Of a stretch of 64,000 nt of DNA, positions 13,385 to 28,000 are shown one piece after another; the stretch's first letter is position 1, and the number at the start of each line of letters is the position of its first letter. A model generated the notes under the pieces. It saw nothing but the letters and a program-made list of their open reading frames with translations, was not told where the DNA came from and made no database searches. This DNA comes from Chiloscyllium plagiosum (taxonomy: Eukaryota): the NCBI RefSeq assembly GCF_004010195.1, contig NC_057756.1, positions 9,943,330 through 10,007,329 of the forward strand, written 5' to 3'. Both the position numbers and the translations under genes were made by a program.

Positions 13385-13947
13385 CTCCTCTATATTGGGG
13401 AGACGGGCCGCCTGCTTGCGGAGCGTTTCAGGGAACACCTCTGGGACACCCGGACCAACCAACCCAACCACCCTGTAGCTCAACATTTCAATTCCCCCTC
13501 CCACTCCACCAAGGATATGCAGGTCTTTGGACTCCTCCATCGTCAGACCACAGCGAAACGACGGTTGGAGGAAGAACGCCTCATCTTCCGGCTAGGAACC
13601 CTCCAACCACAAGGGATGAACTCTGATTTCACCAGTTTCCTCATTTCCCCTCCCCCCAGCCTGTCTCAGTCAAATCCATCAAATTCAGCACCGCCTTCCT
13701 AACCTGCAATCTTCTTCCCGACCTCTCCGCCCCCACCCCAGTCTGACCTATCACCCTCACCTTGACCTCTTTCCACCTATCACATTTCCGACGCCCCTCC
13801 CCCAAGTCCCTCCTCCCTATCTTTTATCTTAGCCTGCTGGACCAACTTTCCTCATTCCTGAAGAAGGGCTAATGCCCGAAACGTCGATTCTCCTGTTCCC
13901 TAGATGCTGCCTGACCTGCTGCGCTTTTCCAGCAACACATTTCCATC
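13385..13947 (+). mobile_element. Penelope-like element, GIY-YIG endonuclease and 3' terminal repeat
   Basis: LLYIGETGRLLAERFREH...HFN...EERLIFRLGTLQPQGMN; hammerhead-like CTGAAGA..GAAACGTC at ~13858-13885. Confidence 0.88.
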
Positions 13948-14579
13948 TATTGTAAAAATAACACCAGATTGTGTACTGCAGTTAAGACAGGGAACAACAA
14001 ATATTTTGCTGCAGGTGGCAGTGTTGTTGAGGCTGAGGCTGTAGAAATGGAACAGTTGCAGGAACAGGTTGTGGAAATTTTTCCATTATGTGCAGTGACT
14101 GCAGCTATGGCTAAACTTGAAGCAAAATGTTAGAATACATTAAAATGTAAGAAGTTCCAAAAACAGTAAATTTATATAAATGGGGAGGAAGAATGAAAGT
14201 CTTGCTGTCTGTATATTATGGATTTGTAATTACATGCATTTTGGAAATGACATTTAATTTTCGTTAAGGATGGGGGCACATAAGGACTTTTAGAATGTGT
14301 CGTGCAATGAGAAAGTACTGCTTTTAAAAACAGGAATTTACCAGGATGGCTGCATAATTTCACAGCAAGGCATTTGGTAACTGCTGTGAATTTTTGTTAT
14401 GGCTGTGGGTTCCTTAATATGCAGATGATCCAAAGAGGAGGAGTTGTTCACACATGAAGCTAATTGGTTCTTAGTTAACTGAGCAGGTTGAAGCAAGTCA
14501 TAGAGATACGAAAAGAGAGAAAGACACAAATGATTGTGGAATTGCTTTCCCCAGCAGAATCCAGCAGTAAAACAACATA

Positions 14580-17421
14580 GAATTAAGGGCTTAGATGGAA
14601 TGGAACTTGTTAAGTGTGTTCAGGAAAGTTTCCTAAAGCAGTACATAGAGTGTCATACTTGGGAAGGGGCAAAACACCATCTACTCTTGGGGAATAGGGC
14701 CAGACAGGTGATTGAGATGACAGCTGGGGAGCACTTTAGCAGCAGTGGCCATTGTTCTAATAATTTTAAAATAGCTACAGAGAGGGACAAAACTGATCCA
14801 TAGGTTCAAATTCTAAACTGGGGCAAGACAAATTTTGAAGGAATTAGACAGGAGCTTGCAAGAGTGGATTGGAGTAGTTTGTTTGCAAGCAAAGGAACCT
14901 CTGGCAAGTGATCTTTAATAGTATAATAGCTAGAGTTCATGGTCTATACGTTCCTGTGAGGATGAAGGGCAAGGTTGGCAGGAGTAGGGAACCCAGACAA
15001 GAGATATTGAAGCTGTGACTAGAAACAAAAACGTAGACATGGCTCAGGTAGGGGCAGCTGAGATTGAGAATCCCTGGAGGTATACAGGGGATGCAGGAGT
15101 TTACTGAAGAAGGTAATGAGGAGGGTGGTAAGGGGGCACGAGATAGCTTTGGCCGAGAAGATTATTTAAATTTATTAAAGAAAAACAAGTAACTAGAGAG
15201 AGAAAAGGACCTCTCAAGGACCAAAGTGGACACATATGTATGGAATCAGAGGAAATGGGTGAGTTCCTCAATGAATATTTCTCCTCTGTGTTTGCCATGG
15301 AGAAAGACAAGAAGACTTAAGGAACTTGGGGAAGTTAGTGGTGATATTTTGGGGACAGTCCATTTCACAGTAGAGGAGATATTGAACATGTTAGGATGTA
15401 TGAAGATGGATAAAACTCCTGGTCCTGACCAGATATAGCCAAGAACATTGCAAGAGGCAAGAGAAGAAATTGCAGGTATTTGCATCATCGTTAGCTACAA
15501 GTGAGGTCCCAGAATACTGGACGGGAGCAAATGTTGTGCCCTTATTCAAGAAAGGCTGCAAAGAAGGTAAATTACAAATTGCACAGTAGGTAAATTACAA
15601 GCGAAAATTCTGAAGAATAAGATAAATATGAATTTGGAAAGACAGGGTTTGATTAGGAGTGGTCAGCATGACTTTGTAGATGGAGATCAAGCTTCACAAA
15701 TTTATTAGTTATTTGATGAAATGACTAGGAAAGTTGATTAAGACAGGGCACTAGGAATAGACTGCATGGATTTCAATAAGGCCCTTGATAAGATTCTGCA
15801 CGGTAGGCTTTCTGAAAGAGTAGATCGTATGGAATCCAGGGCAAGCTGGCAAATTGGATATACAATTGGCTTGATAATAGGAAGCAGCAGGTAATAGTGG
15901 AAGGATGTTTGTCGGACTGGAGGCCTGTGACTAGTGGATTGACTCAGGGGTCAGTGCTGGGCCCATTGCTGTTTGTTATCTATATCAATGATTTGGATGA
16001 GAACATACAAGGCATGATTAATAAGTTTGCAGATGACACTAAACTAGGTGCTATCCTGGACAGTGAGGACGGTTATCAGAAATTGCAGCAGGATCTTGAG
16101 CAGCTGGTGAAGTGGGGCCAATAAATGGCAAATGGAGTTTAATACAGATAAATGTGAAATGTTGCAGTTTGGAAAGTCAAATCAAGACAGGAGTTACATT
16201 GTGAATGTTAGGGCCTGAAGGAGTATCGTGGAACAAAGGAACCTTGGAGTTCAGGTGCACACTTCTCTGAAAATGGAGTCATAGGTAGATTAGATTAGAT
16301 TACTTACAGTCTGGAAACAGGCCCTTCGGCCCAACAAGTCCACACCGACCCTCCGAAGACACCCCACCCAGACTCATTGCCCTACATTCACCCCTTCACC
16401 TAACACTACAGGCAATTTAGCATGGCCAATTCACCTAACCTGCACCTAATCTTCGGACTGAGGGAGAAAACTGGAGCACCCGGAGGAAACCTACTCAAAC
16501 ACGGGGAGAATGTGCAAACTCCACACAGATAGTTACCCAAGGTGGGAATTGAACCCGGGTCTCTGGCACGGTGAGGCAGCAGTGCTAACCACTGTACCAC
16601 CGTGCCATCCCAGACACAGCAGTGAAGAAGACTGTTGGCATAATGGCCTTCATCAGTTAGGGCATTGAGTATAGAAGTTAGGAAATTATGTCACAGTTGT
16701 ACAGGACATTGGTGAGGCTGCACTTGGAATATTGTGTTCAGTTTTGGTCACCTTGCTTTGGGAAGAATGTTACTAAACTGGAAATAATGCATAAAAAAAT
16801 TAAAGAATATTGCCAGGACTCAAGGGACTGAGCTTTTGGGAGAGGATGGACTGGTTAGGGCTTTTTTTCTTTCAAATGTAGGAGACTGAGGGGGGATCTT
16901 ACAGAAGTGTATAAGATTCTGAGAAGTATGGATGGGGTGAATGCACTCAGTCTTTTTCCCGAGGTTGGGGAATTGGAGGACGAGAGGCCAACAGTTTAAG
17001 GTTAGAGGGGAAAGAATAAATGGGAACCTGAGGGGCAACTGTTTTACACAGAGGGTGGTATGCATATGGAATGAACTGTTGGTGGAAGTGGTTGAGGCGG
17101 GTACATGAACAACATTTAAAAGGCATTTGGACAAATACATGGAAAGGAAAGATTTAGAATGATATGGGCCAAGTGAAGGGAAATGGGGTCAGCATGGAAT
17201 GACATTTTGGTTGGCATGGATCAGTTTGGGCCAAAGGACCTGTCTCTGTGCTATCTTAGCAGGACTTATACACTTAATGGTAAGGTCCTCAGGAGTGTTG
17301 CTGAACAAAGAGACCTTGGAGTGCAGGTTCATAGCTCCTTGAAAGTGGAGTTGCAGGTAAATAGGATAGTGAAGAAGGCGTTTGGTATTCTTTCCTTTAT
17401 TGGTCAGAGTATTGAGTACAG
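14580..17421 (+). mobile_element. CR1 LINE remnant(s) with nested HE1 SINE (~16287-16611, minus)
   Basis: [27 protein letters not shown] has A/B boxes. Confidence 0.88.
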
Positions 17422-17921
17422 NNNNNNNNNNNNNNNNNNNNNNNNNNNNNNNNNNNNNNNNNNNNNNNNNNNNNNNNNNNNNNNNNNNNNNNNNNNNNNN
17501 NNNNNNNNNNNNNNNNNNNNNNNNNNNNNNNNNNNNNNNNNNNNNNNNNNNNNNNNNNNNNNNNNNNNNNNNNNNNNNNNNNNNNNNNNNNNNNNNNNNN
17601 NNNNNNNNNNNNNNNNNNNNNNNNNNNNNNNNNNNNNNNNNNNNNNNNNNNNNNNNNNNNNNNNNNNNNNNNNNNNNNNNNNNNNNNNNNNNNNNNNNNN
17701 NNNNNNNNNNNNNNNNNNNNNNNNNNNNNNNNNNNNNNNNNNNNNNNNNNNNNNNNNNNNNNNNNNNNNNNNNNNNNNNNNNNNNNNNNNNNNNNNNNNN
17801 NNNNNNNNNNNNNNNNNNNNNNNNNNNNNNNNNNNNNNNNNNNNNNNNNNNNNNNNNNNNNNNNNNNNNNNNNNNNNNNNNNNNNNNNNNNNNNNNNNNN
17901 NNNNNNNNNNNNNNNNNNNNN
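17422..17921. other. Scaffold gap (500 N)
   Basis: Run of N. Confidence 1.
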
Positions 17922-18545
17922 GATTCTCTCAAGGTAAACTTGCAGGTTGAGTCAGCAGTTAGGAAGGCAGGTGTAATGATGGCATTTATTTTGGGAGGAC
18001 TTGAATATAAAAGCAGGATGTACTACTGAGGCTCTATAAGGCTCTAGTCAGACCACTTTTGAAGTACGGTGCACAGTTTTTGGCCACACATCTCAGGAAC
18101 GATATATTGGCCCTGGAATGGGTTCAGAGGATGTTCATGAGAATGGTCCCAGAAATGAAAAGCTTAACATATGAGGAATGTTTGATGACTCTGGGTTTAT
18201 ACTCGACTGAGTTAGAAGGATGAGGGGGAATCTCATAGAATCATCAAGATATATAACATGGAAACAGACCCTTTGGTCCTACTTGTCCATGCCGACCAAA
18301 TATCCCAATCCAATCTAGTCCCACCTGCCAGCACTTGGCCCAAATCCCTACAAACCCTTCCTATTCATATACCCATCCAGATGCCTTTTAAATGTTGCAA
18401 TTGTACCAGCCGCCACCACTTCCTCTGGCAGCTCATTCCATACACGCACCACCCTCTGTGAGAAAAAGTTGCCCCTTAGGTCTCTTTTATATCTTTCCCC
18501 TCTTACCCTAAACCTATGCCCTCTAGTTCTGGACTCCCCCACCTG
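17922..18545. mobile_element. Two abutting CR1 3' fragments in opposite orientation
   Basis: CR1 C-terminal translation on + (17922-18235) and RTRGHRFRVRGER on - (18233-18545). Confidence 0.8.
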
Positions 18546-18549
18546 CTTT

Positions 18550-21250
18550 CCAAAATGCACAACTGGCTCCCTTGGTAGATTAATTGTTTCTGCTTGCCCC
18601 ACAGAACCCATTTCTTCCTACCTCGAATAGATTTCTTCTGCCCTTCTCCAGTCCCTTCCCTGCAATTTCTCTGATGCTTTTACGTCAGTTCCAGAATTTC
18701 CAGTTTGCAGGTTCGACCTGTCTCCTCTTCACCATAGACGTGCAATTCCTTTACATCTCCACTCCCAATCAAGATGATATCAGGACTTTCTGCTTCTTCC
18801 TTGGAAAAAGGCCTGAACTGACCCCATCCACCATCAACCTTCTCCGCCTGGTCGAGCTCATACTCATCCTAAACAACTTCTCTTTTAACTCCTCTCACTT
18901 TCTTCAGGTACCATGGATATCCACATGGGTCTCAGTTATGCCTATCTCTATGTGGGGTAGATGGAATATTCCTTGTCCAGTTGTATTCCTGCCCTCAGGC
19001 ACAACTCTTTCTCTAGTATATCAATGATATAATTGGTGCCCCTTCCCCCTCTCATGCGGAACTGGAAAAGTTGATCAATTTTGCTTCCAATTTCCACCCT
19101 GCTTCCAACTTCCCTTCACCTGGTCCATCTCTGACTCATCCCTCCCCTCCCTCGACATCTCTGTTTCGATTTCTGGGAATAGGTTAGCCATCTATATCCA
19201 CTGTAGACCCACCTACTCTCACAGTTACCTTGACTATATATCCTCACACCCTACTTTCTGTAAAGACTCGATTTCATTCTCCCAGATCCTCCATCTATAT
19301 CAGATCTGTTCTGATGATGACAGATTCAATAAGGGAGCCTCCGAAATATCCATTTTCTTCCCCAGCACTGCTGTTGACATGGGTCTGACCCATTCCCCGC
19401 ATTCAGTATTCACTCCCTCTCTTCCATTCGACAACAACAATAGGGTCCTCCTTGTCCTTATCTATCTTCTCACCAGCATCCACATCCAGAGGATCATTAG
19501 CTGCTATTTCCACCACCTCCAGCAGGATGCCACCACCCAACATAAGAACTCAAAGCAGGAGTAGGCCATCTGGCCCTTTGAGCCTGCTCTGCTATTCAAT
19601 AAGATCATGGCTGATTTTCTCTTGCCTCAGCTTCACTTACCCACCCTCTCACCATAACTCTTAATTCCTTTACTGTTCAAAAATTTTCATCTCAGCATTA
19701 AAAACATTTAGTGAGGAAGGCTCAATCACTTCATTGGGCAGGTAACTGATTCACAAACCTCCGGGTAAAGAAGTTTCATCTCCATTCAGTCCTAAATCTG
19801 CTCCCTCTAATTTTGAGGTTGTGCCCTCTTGTCCTAGTTTCACCTGCCAGTGGAAGCATCATCCCTGCTTATATTAGATTAGATTACTTACAGTGTGGAA
19901 ACAGGCCCTTCGGCCCAACCAGTCCACACCGACCCGCTGAAGCGCAACCCACCCATTCCCCTACATTTACCCCTTTACCTAACACTACGGGCAATTCAGC
20001 ATGGCCAATTCACCTGACCTGCACATCTTTGGACTGTGGGAGGAAACCGGAGCACCCGGAGGAAACCCACACAGACACGGGGAGAATGTGCAAACTCCAC
20101 ACAGTCAGTCGCCTGAGTCAGGAATTGAACCAGGGTCTCTTGCGCTGTGAGGCAGCAGTGCTAACCACTGTGCCGCCCATCTTATCTATTCCCTTCATAA
20201 TTTTATATGTCTCTATAAGATTCACACTCATTCTTCTAAATTCCAATGAATAATCCCAGTCCAATTACTCAGTCTCTTCTTATAAGCCAAACCCCTCAAC
20301 TCCGGAATCAATCCAGTGAACCTCCTCTGCACCCCTTCTAGTGCTAGTACATCCTTTCTCAAGGAGACCAAAACTACACGCAGTACTTCAGGTGTGGCCT
20401 CACCAGCACCCTATATAGTTGCAACATAACCTCCCTGCTTTTACACTCAATTCCTTCAGCAATGAAGGACAAAATTACATTTGCTTTCCTAATTTCCTGT
20501 TGTACCTGCAGACCATTCTTCAGTAATTCATGCACAAGGACACCAAGGTTCTTCTGCACAGCAGCGTGCTGCAATTTCTTAGCATTCAAGTAATATCCTT
20601 GTAACAGCAATAGCCACATATTCCCCTCCATTACCTGTCTGCCTTCCACAGGAACTGTTCCTTCTGGGACACTCTTTGGTCCCACTAACCCTCACCCCAC
20701 AGTCCCATGGCACCTTTCCCTTCTACTGCAGAAGGTGTAACATCTGTCCATTTACCTCCCTCCTCAGTATGCAAAGACCCAAACGTATCTTCCAGGTGAA
20801 GCAGCACTTTACCTGCACTTTGCTTAATCTAGTCTAATGCTTTTGCTTCTCGCAATGTGGTCTCCTCTACACTGGGGACAGAAGTGTAGTCTGGGTGACT
20901 GCTTTGCAGAACACCTATGTTCTGACCACAAAAAGACTCTGAGATTCCAGTTGCCTGCCACACAGCACCTTATTCCCTGGCCAACATCTTCATCTCAGGC
21001 TTGCTGCAGTGCACCAGTGAAGCTCAGCTCAAGCTAGAAGAACAGCACCTCATTTTCTGCTTGGCAAGTCCATGGCTTTCTGCACTCAATATTGAGGTCA
21101 ACAATTTTAGGGTTTGAGACACCTTCTCCAATGTCGTTACCCCAACCCTGACACACCATGCCTTGTTATCAGATGGTTTGTTATTGCACACAACTCGTTG
21201 TTAGCCACTAATAGTCTCCATTAGTAGCTATTTATTCTCCTCAGCTAATT
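18550..21250 (+). mobile_element. Degenerate Penelope-like element (RT to GIY-YIG), interrupted by CR1 (~19540-20600, minus) and HE1 SINE (~19874-20180, minus)
   Basis: LFTIDVQFLY, ELILILNNFSFNSSHFLQ RT motifs and a downstream GIY-YIG remnant. Confidence 0.8.
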
Positions 21251-23329
21251 GTTATTCACCACCTTGACTGTCCAACAGTTCATCTTATCTTAACCAACTT
21301 ATTTTTCCTTCAGTAGCTAATTCAAGCTGTGACTTTGAATTTGATCAGTCAGTGACTTTTCATAAGCAAACCAGCCATCCTGTGCCTCTTGCAAACCAGT
21401 GGAAGCATTCGAGTAAAGAAAAGATCATGGAGAAATCTCTGAGTCAGCAAAAACCCACTAAACAGATCTTGCAAAAGGTTTTTCCAGTTTTCTCTCCATT
21501 CGTGTAATTTTTTCCCATTTTTAAATTTCTCTGCATTTATATTTGTGCAGGAAATAGTTCATAAGGGTTTGGAGTTTTAATTTCTCAAGTTTACTTCAAT
21601 TTATTGGTTACCTGTGACTAGATTTTAATTACCTCAAATAATTAGTGACTCTGGTTAAGTACGAACTCTAGTCCATGATTCCTATCAACTTGGGTTAAAA
21701 AATCACGCAGTTTGGGGATTTTACATAATCTTTCAAAATCTTTAGTTTTTGTGATGATTCCAGGAATAGTGAGGCTTGATTTTCAGTGTGCTATCCCAGA
21801 CGAGTCTTCACAAAATGCAAAGGCCAAAACAGCCTCAAAAAGTTGTGTCAATATTCATACAAAGCATAATAGGTGTTAGGTTCAAACAGCACCAATAATC
21901 ATACCAAATTCCAAGGGAATCACATGCAGGGGGTGGAGGACAGAAATGACAATGGTGTTGAAGAAGAAGCTGAGTAAGCTGTGTGAAATCAACTTTAGTA
22001 CCGAGATGTTGTATGAACAGATTGAAACATTCTGTTATCCTTCACAGCCACACATTCCCCAAGCCTCATCAATGCCAAATGATGCCATTTGCCCACTCAC
22101 ATGACACCTCATATCTCCGACAACACCCCTTGTCCTTTAAGCACCCCAGTGACCGCTGATATCTCCAAAGCCAATCTACGTCTCTCTTCCCAACCCCTAT
22201 GGCCCTGATGTCACCCATGACAACTCAGTGCTGACTCAGTCCCAACCTATATCCCACAGCTTCCTTTGCCTTTACAGCACCATTCTAACTCATGGTCTCC
22301 CCACTATGGGCAGACCTCAGGAGCGACGCTGAGAGGAAACAAAATGAAGCTGTAATTGCAGATTTTATTTAAAAAGATTTACTCATTCATAAAAAACACA
22401 TTCTCTCTTTAAATTCCTCCAACTCCTTAATTTTGCATACACGTAAAGACTCTATTCAATTAGTGAATGCCTTGTGAAAGCACATATTTGGATTCTTAGC
22501 CCAACATGAAAGACTTTCCATCTCTTGAAGCTATTAATCAAACTGTGAAAGAAAGGCCCCTCATCGTAGTAAAGGTAATCATATGGCATGATTTCTATAA
22601 TGGTGGCTCCCTGGTTTATGTCAGTAGACATAATGACATTGCAAGCACTGAATATTATAAATGGTAGACTTTTTTAAACTAAAAGGGCAATGGATTTAAA
22701 TACTGAGCAAGCTTGACCATTTCACTGATATTATTCCCTTTTTATGCATTTTCATGTCTCCACTTGGCAAACACAAAAATAACTTTCTCCTAAAGTGTTA
22801 CCTTGACTGATCAAAAAGGGATCTTTGGACCTATCTAGAGGGTCTGTTGTCTCTCCAAATAACCTGGGAAGCTCTTCAATGTGCAGTTTCTTCCATGAAC
22901 CACGAGTGTGAAAGATTCAATCTGTTTCCATCCCCTGAAACTCCCACTTCACCTTCTTCACTAATGAGTGTTGGGTTTAAGGATAGAACTTCCAGAACTG
23001 GGGCTAAGTTAGAGTCTCCTTTCATTCCTGTTAAACAATTGAGGACATAGAAAATAGTTGAATTGTAACTGAGAAATTAAAAGCTCGTGTTAAATATTAC
23101 CATTTTCTCCATAGTTATGATTGCAATATGATTGGTTGACTTCTAGCAATGATTTGTGAGAAGTGTGACTCAGACTCAAGTGCTTTTACATAAGAAGAAA
23201 TTCTATACACATGTATATAGTTGTTTCAGGTTGACATTAAATGCAGGAAATACTCATCATGTCAGGCAGCATCTGCACAGAGAGGGACAAAGTTAACATT
23301 GAAAAATAACTGTTCGTCTCACTGCAAAT

Positions 23330-23560
23330 AGGAGAAAATGAGGACTGCAGATGTTGGAGATCAGAGTCAAAAAGTGCAGTGCTGGAAAAGCACAGCTGGT
23401 CCGGCAGCATCGGAGGACTAGGAGAGTTGACATTTTGAGCATAAGCTCTTCATCATCACATTCCCGATAAAGGGCTTATGCCTGAAACATGTATTCTTCT
23501 GCTCCTCGGATACTGCCTGACCAGCTGTGCTTTTCCAGTGTCACACTTTTTGACTCACCA
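23330..23560. mobile_element. Short palindromic Penelope-like element
   Basis: gaggactgcagatg...ctggaaaagcacagc arm and its inverted counterpart. Confidence 0.7.
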
Positions 23561-24099
23561 CAGATAATGTCTGGCCTGCTTTTGTGTTGAAACAATTAAG
23601 TGATTTCATTCACAAGGATCAAGATGAGATGAATTGGGGCAAAATATCAAAAATGGGAAGAGGCAAAAGTTGTAGCTGAGTTTGACAGAAAGAGAGAGGG
23701 ATGTTCTGACTAATTGACCTAACACTGAGATGGAATTAATCTAGATCTGTGTAATGTTAATGAATGTGATGATCAGGCCTACTCTGATCAGCTGATGAAT
23801 ACCTCCAGCAGATAAACAACTTAGTACTCACAAGTAGATTTTGAATCACTACACTGAAAGTGATCTTTACTCAACATAGTAATCTCCGAAAATTCTGCAT
23901 GCACACAAACACCCTATTGAGGACTGCCCTATCTACAAACAAGTGGTGGAATAATCGCCTTAAACTCAACAACTGAGGAGGCAGTCACTTGACTCAAGGG
24001 ATATGGATTTGCTGAATCAATAAATAAGTGCTCAGGAATTGTAAGTATTTATGCTGTTGGGAACATTCAGTATAACAGAAACATTTTTCTTTGATTTAG

Positions 24100-24259
24100 T
24101 TGCATGAATTTAATCCCAGTTTTGAAGATAAACATTCAATCATTCCAGAAAATATCATTCATGGAGTGGCTTTCGTTTTTGATATGAACACATTCGACAA
24201 CATTGATCCGTATATAATGAAACAGTTTCAGGAGCTCCAAACTCTTGTGGCTCAGAAAT
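24100..24259 (+). CDS. IFI44-like: IFI44-like exon 5 (160 nt; LHEFNPSFEDKHSIIPENIIHGVAFVFDMNTFDNIDPYIMKQFQELQTLVAQK)
   Basis: Acceptor tttctttgatttag and donor gtaagt. FNP...IHGVAFVFD matches the IFI44 hallmark FNP...IHCVAFVFD. Confidence 0.85.
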
Positions 24260-24352
24260 GTAAGTCTCCATTTTGCTTTCAGACTTATAACCTTTATTGC
24301 CATTCAGTACCCTGTTGAACATTAATATTTTTACTGAATTCTATCTTTTCAG

Positions 24353-24450
24353 ATATTTACAGGATTGTGATTGGGACCAAATTTGACCAATTAGGGATAC
24401 CAGAGAGACATTATAGTTACATATACAACTACAAGCTGCTACAAGAGAAG
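24353..24450 (+). CDS. IFI44-like: IFI44-like exon 6 (98 nt; YIYRIVIGTKFDQLGIPERHYSYIYNYKLLQEK), G4 TKxD
   Basis: Acceptor ctatcttttcag and donor gtaata after a 93-nt intron. Phase 1 continues exon 5; carries a TKFD motif. Confidence 0.8.
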
Positions 24451-25039
24451 GTAATAGTTTTAGTGCATAGTATCACGTATATTGATGTCAGTACAATTTT
24501 TTTTAGTTTGTGATATGGGTATTATTGGAAAGGTTAGTACTGATTGCCCATCATGTATCACCATTGACAAAGTAGTGTGTTGCATTCATGAAATGCTACA
24601 GTTAATTGACTGAAGATGTTTTGATACAGTAATCCCCAAGTTTCGACATTGGTCTGGACTCTTAGCCCCCAGCTCCTCCAATTAACTAAATGTGTCAATG
24701 TGAGGATGGAAGGGCTGAATGGGGCACTCAAATACACTCAATTCAGGAAGCAGGTTTTAGCCTGAAGATATCTCTCAGTGAGGGGGCACAGGCAGACAGG
24801 AGAACATTCATTGGTCTTCTAAGTCAGAGGGTGTAGGCAAAACTCCCATTGCTGAAACATCAGCCTAAAGTCTAGACTGATGCTCCATACTGAGAGAGTG
24901 CAGCACAGTTAGAGATGAATTGTCCAGAATGTGATGCTTAACTGAAGCTCTGCCTGCCTCTCTAGGCACAATTCAAAACACAATCAGTGCTACAATGCAC
25001 TGGACTAATGCACCATAAATCTAGCTCTTTTTTTGTCTA

Positions 25040-28000
25040 GAGTTCATTTGTTCAGTAGATATAGGAGTAGAATTAGGCCATTTGGCCCATTGAGTCTGCT
25101 CCGCCATTTCATCATGGCTGATATGCTCCTCGCCCCCATTTTCCTGTCTTCTCCCCATAACCCTCGACCCATTAGCAATTAAAAATCCCGCCTAGCTCCT
25201 CCTTAAATTTACTCACTGTCCCAGTATCCACCACACTTTGGGATAGCGAATTGCACAGATTCACAATCCTTTGGGAGAAGTAGTTTTTCTTCAACTCTGT
25301 TTCAAATGTGCTACCCCTTATCCTAAGACTATGTTAGAATGCCCCACAGGAGGAAGCATCTACTCTACATCTAGTTTATCCAGACCTTTCATCATCTTGA
25401 AAACATCAATTTGATCTCCCCGCATTCTTCCAAATTCCAGAGATTTCAGGCATAAATTGTTCAATCTCTCTCCATATGACAAAACCCTCATCTTTGGGAT
25501 CAATCTTGTAAAACTCCTTTGAACCGCCTCCAATGGCACTACATCTTTCCTCAAATAAGGGGACCAAAACTGAGCACAATACTCCAGGTGTGGTCTTATC
25601 AATGCCTTGTGTAGTTGCAACAATACTTCCTTACATTTATATTCTATTCATTTAGCTTTAAAAGCCAACATTCCATTCACTTTCTTTATTATCTGGATGG
25701 CTGAATGCTAGTTTTCTGTGACTCATGAATGAGCACACCCAGATCCCTCTGTACCGTAGCACCCCAAGGTCTCTCCCCATTTAGATAATAGGTTGCCTTC
25801 CATTTTTCTGACCAAAATGCATGACCTCACACTTATCCACATTAAAATGCATCTGCCACATTTTGGTCCACTTTCCTAACACTTCCTCATTGCATTATGC
25901 TGCCTATTTTTGTGTCATCTGCAAATTTGCCTTTGAGCCTCTATCCCTGCATCCAAGTCATTAATATTGATTATAAATAGCTGGGGCCCAAGGACTGAAC
26001 CCTGTGGCACCGCACTAGTTATTTATTGCATCCAGAAAAATAAAATTTATCCTGACTCTCTGTCTTCTGTCCATCAGTCAGTCACCTATCCAAGCTAATA
26101 CATTACGTATAATCCCATATGATCCAATATTGTGAATTAATGTTTTGTGTGACACCTTATCAAATGCCTTCCGGAAGTCCAGATATTTTACATCTACAGG
26201 ATCCCCTTGATCCACTTTGCTTGTTACATCTTCAAAGAATTCTAGCAAATTAGTCAAACATGATTTTCCTTTTGCAAAACCATGCTGAATCTGACGAATA
26301 GCGTTTTGACTTTCCAAGTGTTTTGATATTGCTTTTTTGATCATTGATTCCAAGCAAATGTACACACAGTGCGTCCAGTTGACCCGATTTTCAGACCAAG
26401 GTTGATGGAAAGCACAGACCTACACTAACCAAGAATTAATTCCGATGATTAAATACAGCTACAGATAAAAGGATACAAGCTATTGGCACATCACACTACC
26501 AACTAAAAATCTAATCATTTGATAAATTCCACCCCCAATGAAAAACACAGACAAAACAGTGAAAACAGACTAACGATGGAGGTAAACAAAAACTGGAAAC
26601 TCCATTGATTAGTCTTTGCTTCTTAGTCTCAATGTTGAGGTGAATCGTCTTTGGCTCACCAGGCCCTTGGTGTTCAATTGTCTTTCTTTTAATACTCCCA
26701 CTAGTTTGTAAGTGGCAAATAAATTAAATTAAAGAGTGGATGATGCATTTGTACAATGCTTCTCATTTCTAAATTCAAACATTATTGTTCACAATTGCTG
26801 CAGGCAGGAAAACTGGTTTTATAGAGTCATAGAGATGTACCGTACAGAAACAGACCCTTCAGTCCAACTCGTCCACACCGACTGGATATCCCAACCCAAT
26901 CCAATCCCACCTGCTGGCACTTGGTCCATATCCCTCCAAACCTTTCCTATTCATATAACCATCCAGATGCCTTTAAAATGTTGCAATTGACTAGCCTCTA
27001 TCACTTCCTCTGGCAGCTCATTCCATACACATACCACTCTGTGTGAAAAAGTTACCCCTTAGGTCACTTTTATATCTTTCCCCTCTCACCCTAAACCTAT
27101 GCCCTCTACTTCTGGACTCCCCTACCCCACGGGGGTAAGACCTTGTCTATTTATCCTATCCATGCCCCTCATGATTTTATAAACCTCTATAAGGTCACCC
27201 CACAGCCTCCGATGCTCCAGGGAAAACAGCCCCAGGCCATTCAACCTCTCCCTGTAGCTCAAATCCTCCAACCCTGGAAACTCCCTGTAAATCTTTTCTG
27301 AACCCTTTCAAGTTTCACAACATATTTCCAATAGGAAGGAGACCAGAATTGCATGCAATATTCCAACAGTGGTCTAAAAAATGTCCTGTACAGCTGCAAC
27401 ATGACCTCCCAACCCCTGTACTCAAGACTCTGACCAATAAAGGAAAGCATACCAAATGCCTTCTTCACTATGTAAACACCTGTGACTCCACTATGAACCT
27501 GCACTCCAAGGTCTCTTTGTTTAGCAACACTCCCTAGGACCTTACCATTAAGAGTATAAATCCTGCTAAGTTAGCACAAACTGATCCATGCCGACCAAAA
27601 TATCATTCCATGCGAACCCCATTTCCCTGCACTTGGCCCATATTGTTCTAAACCTTTCCTTTCCATGTATTTGTCCAAATGCCTTTTAAATGTTGTTCAT
27701 GTACCTGCCTCAACTACTTCCACCAACAGTTCATTCCATATGCATACCACCCTCTGTGTAAATAAGTTGCCCCTCATGTTCCCATTTATTCTTTCCCCTC
27801 TTACCTTAAACTGATGGCCTCTCATCCTCCAATTCCCCAACCTCGGGGAAAAGACTGAGTGCATTCACCCCATCCATACCTCTCAGAATCTTATACACTT
27901 CTGTAAGATCCCCCCTCAGTCTCCGACACTTAAAAGAAAAAAAGTCCTAACCAGTCCAACCTCTCCAAAAAGCTCAGTCCCTTGAGTCCTGGCAATATTC

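Larger units (their letters stand above)
13065..17421. repeat. Segmental duplicate: inverted copy of ~27420-30720 plus ~33347-33740
   Basis: Long stretches read as the reverse complement of the middle contig, including the same nested SINE site and TE junctions. ORF 14172..14363(-) is nearly identical to ORF 30386..30580(+). Confidence 0.9.

Noticed and set aside
17183..18029. Long ORFs across the first gap (also 40565..41527 and 31395..31963)
   Set aside because: Their length comes from N runs, and the flanks are CR1 or Penelope sequence.
22802..23027. Exon-like segment on the minus strand (aacag|G...AAG|gtaac)
   Set aside because: The longest frame hits a stop after about 50 codons with no recognisable homology; could be non-coding or chance.
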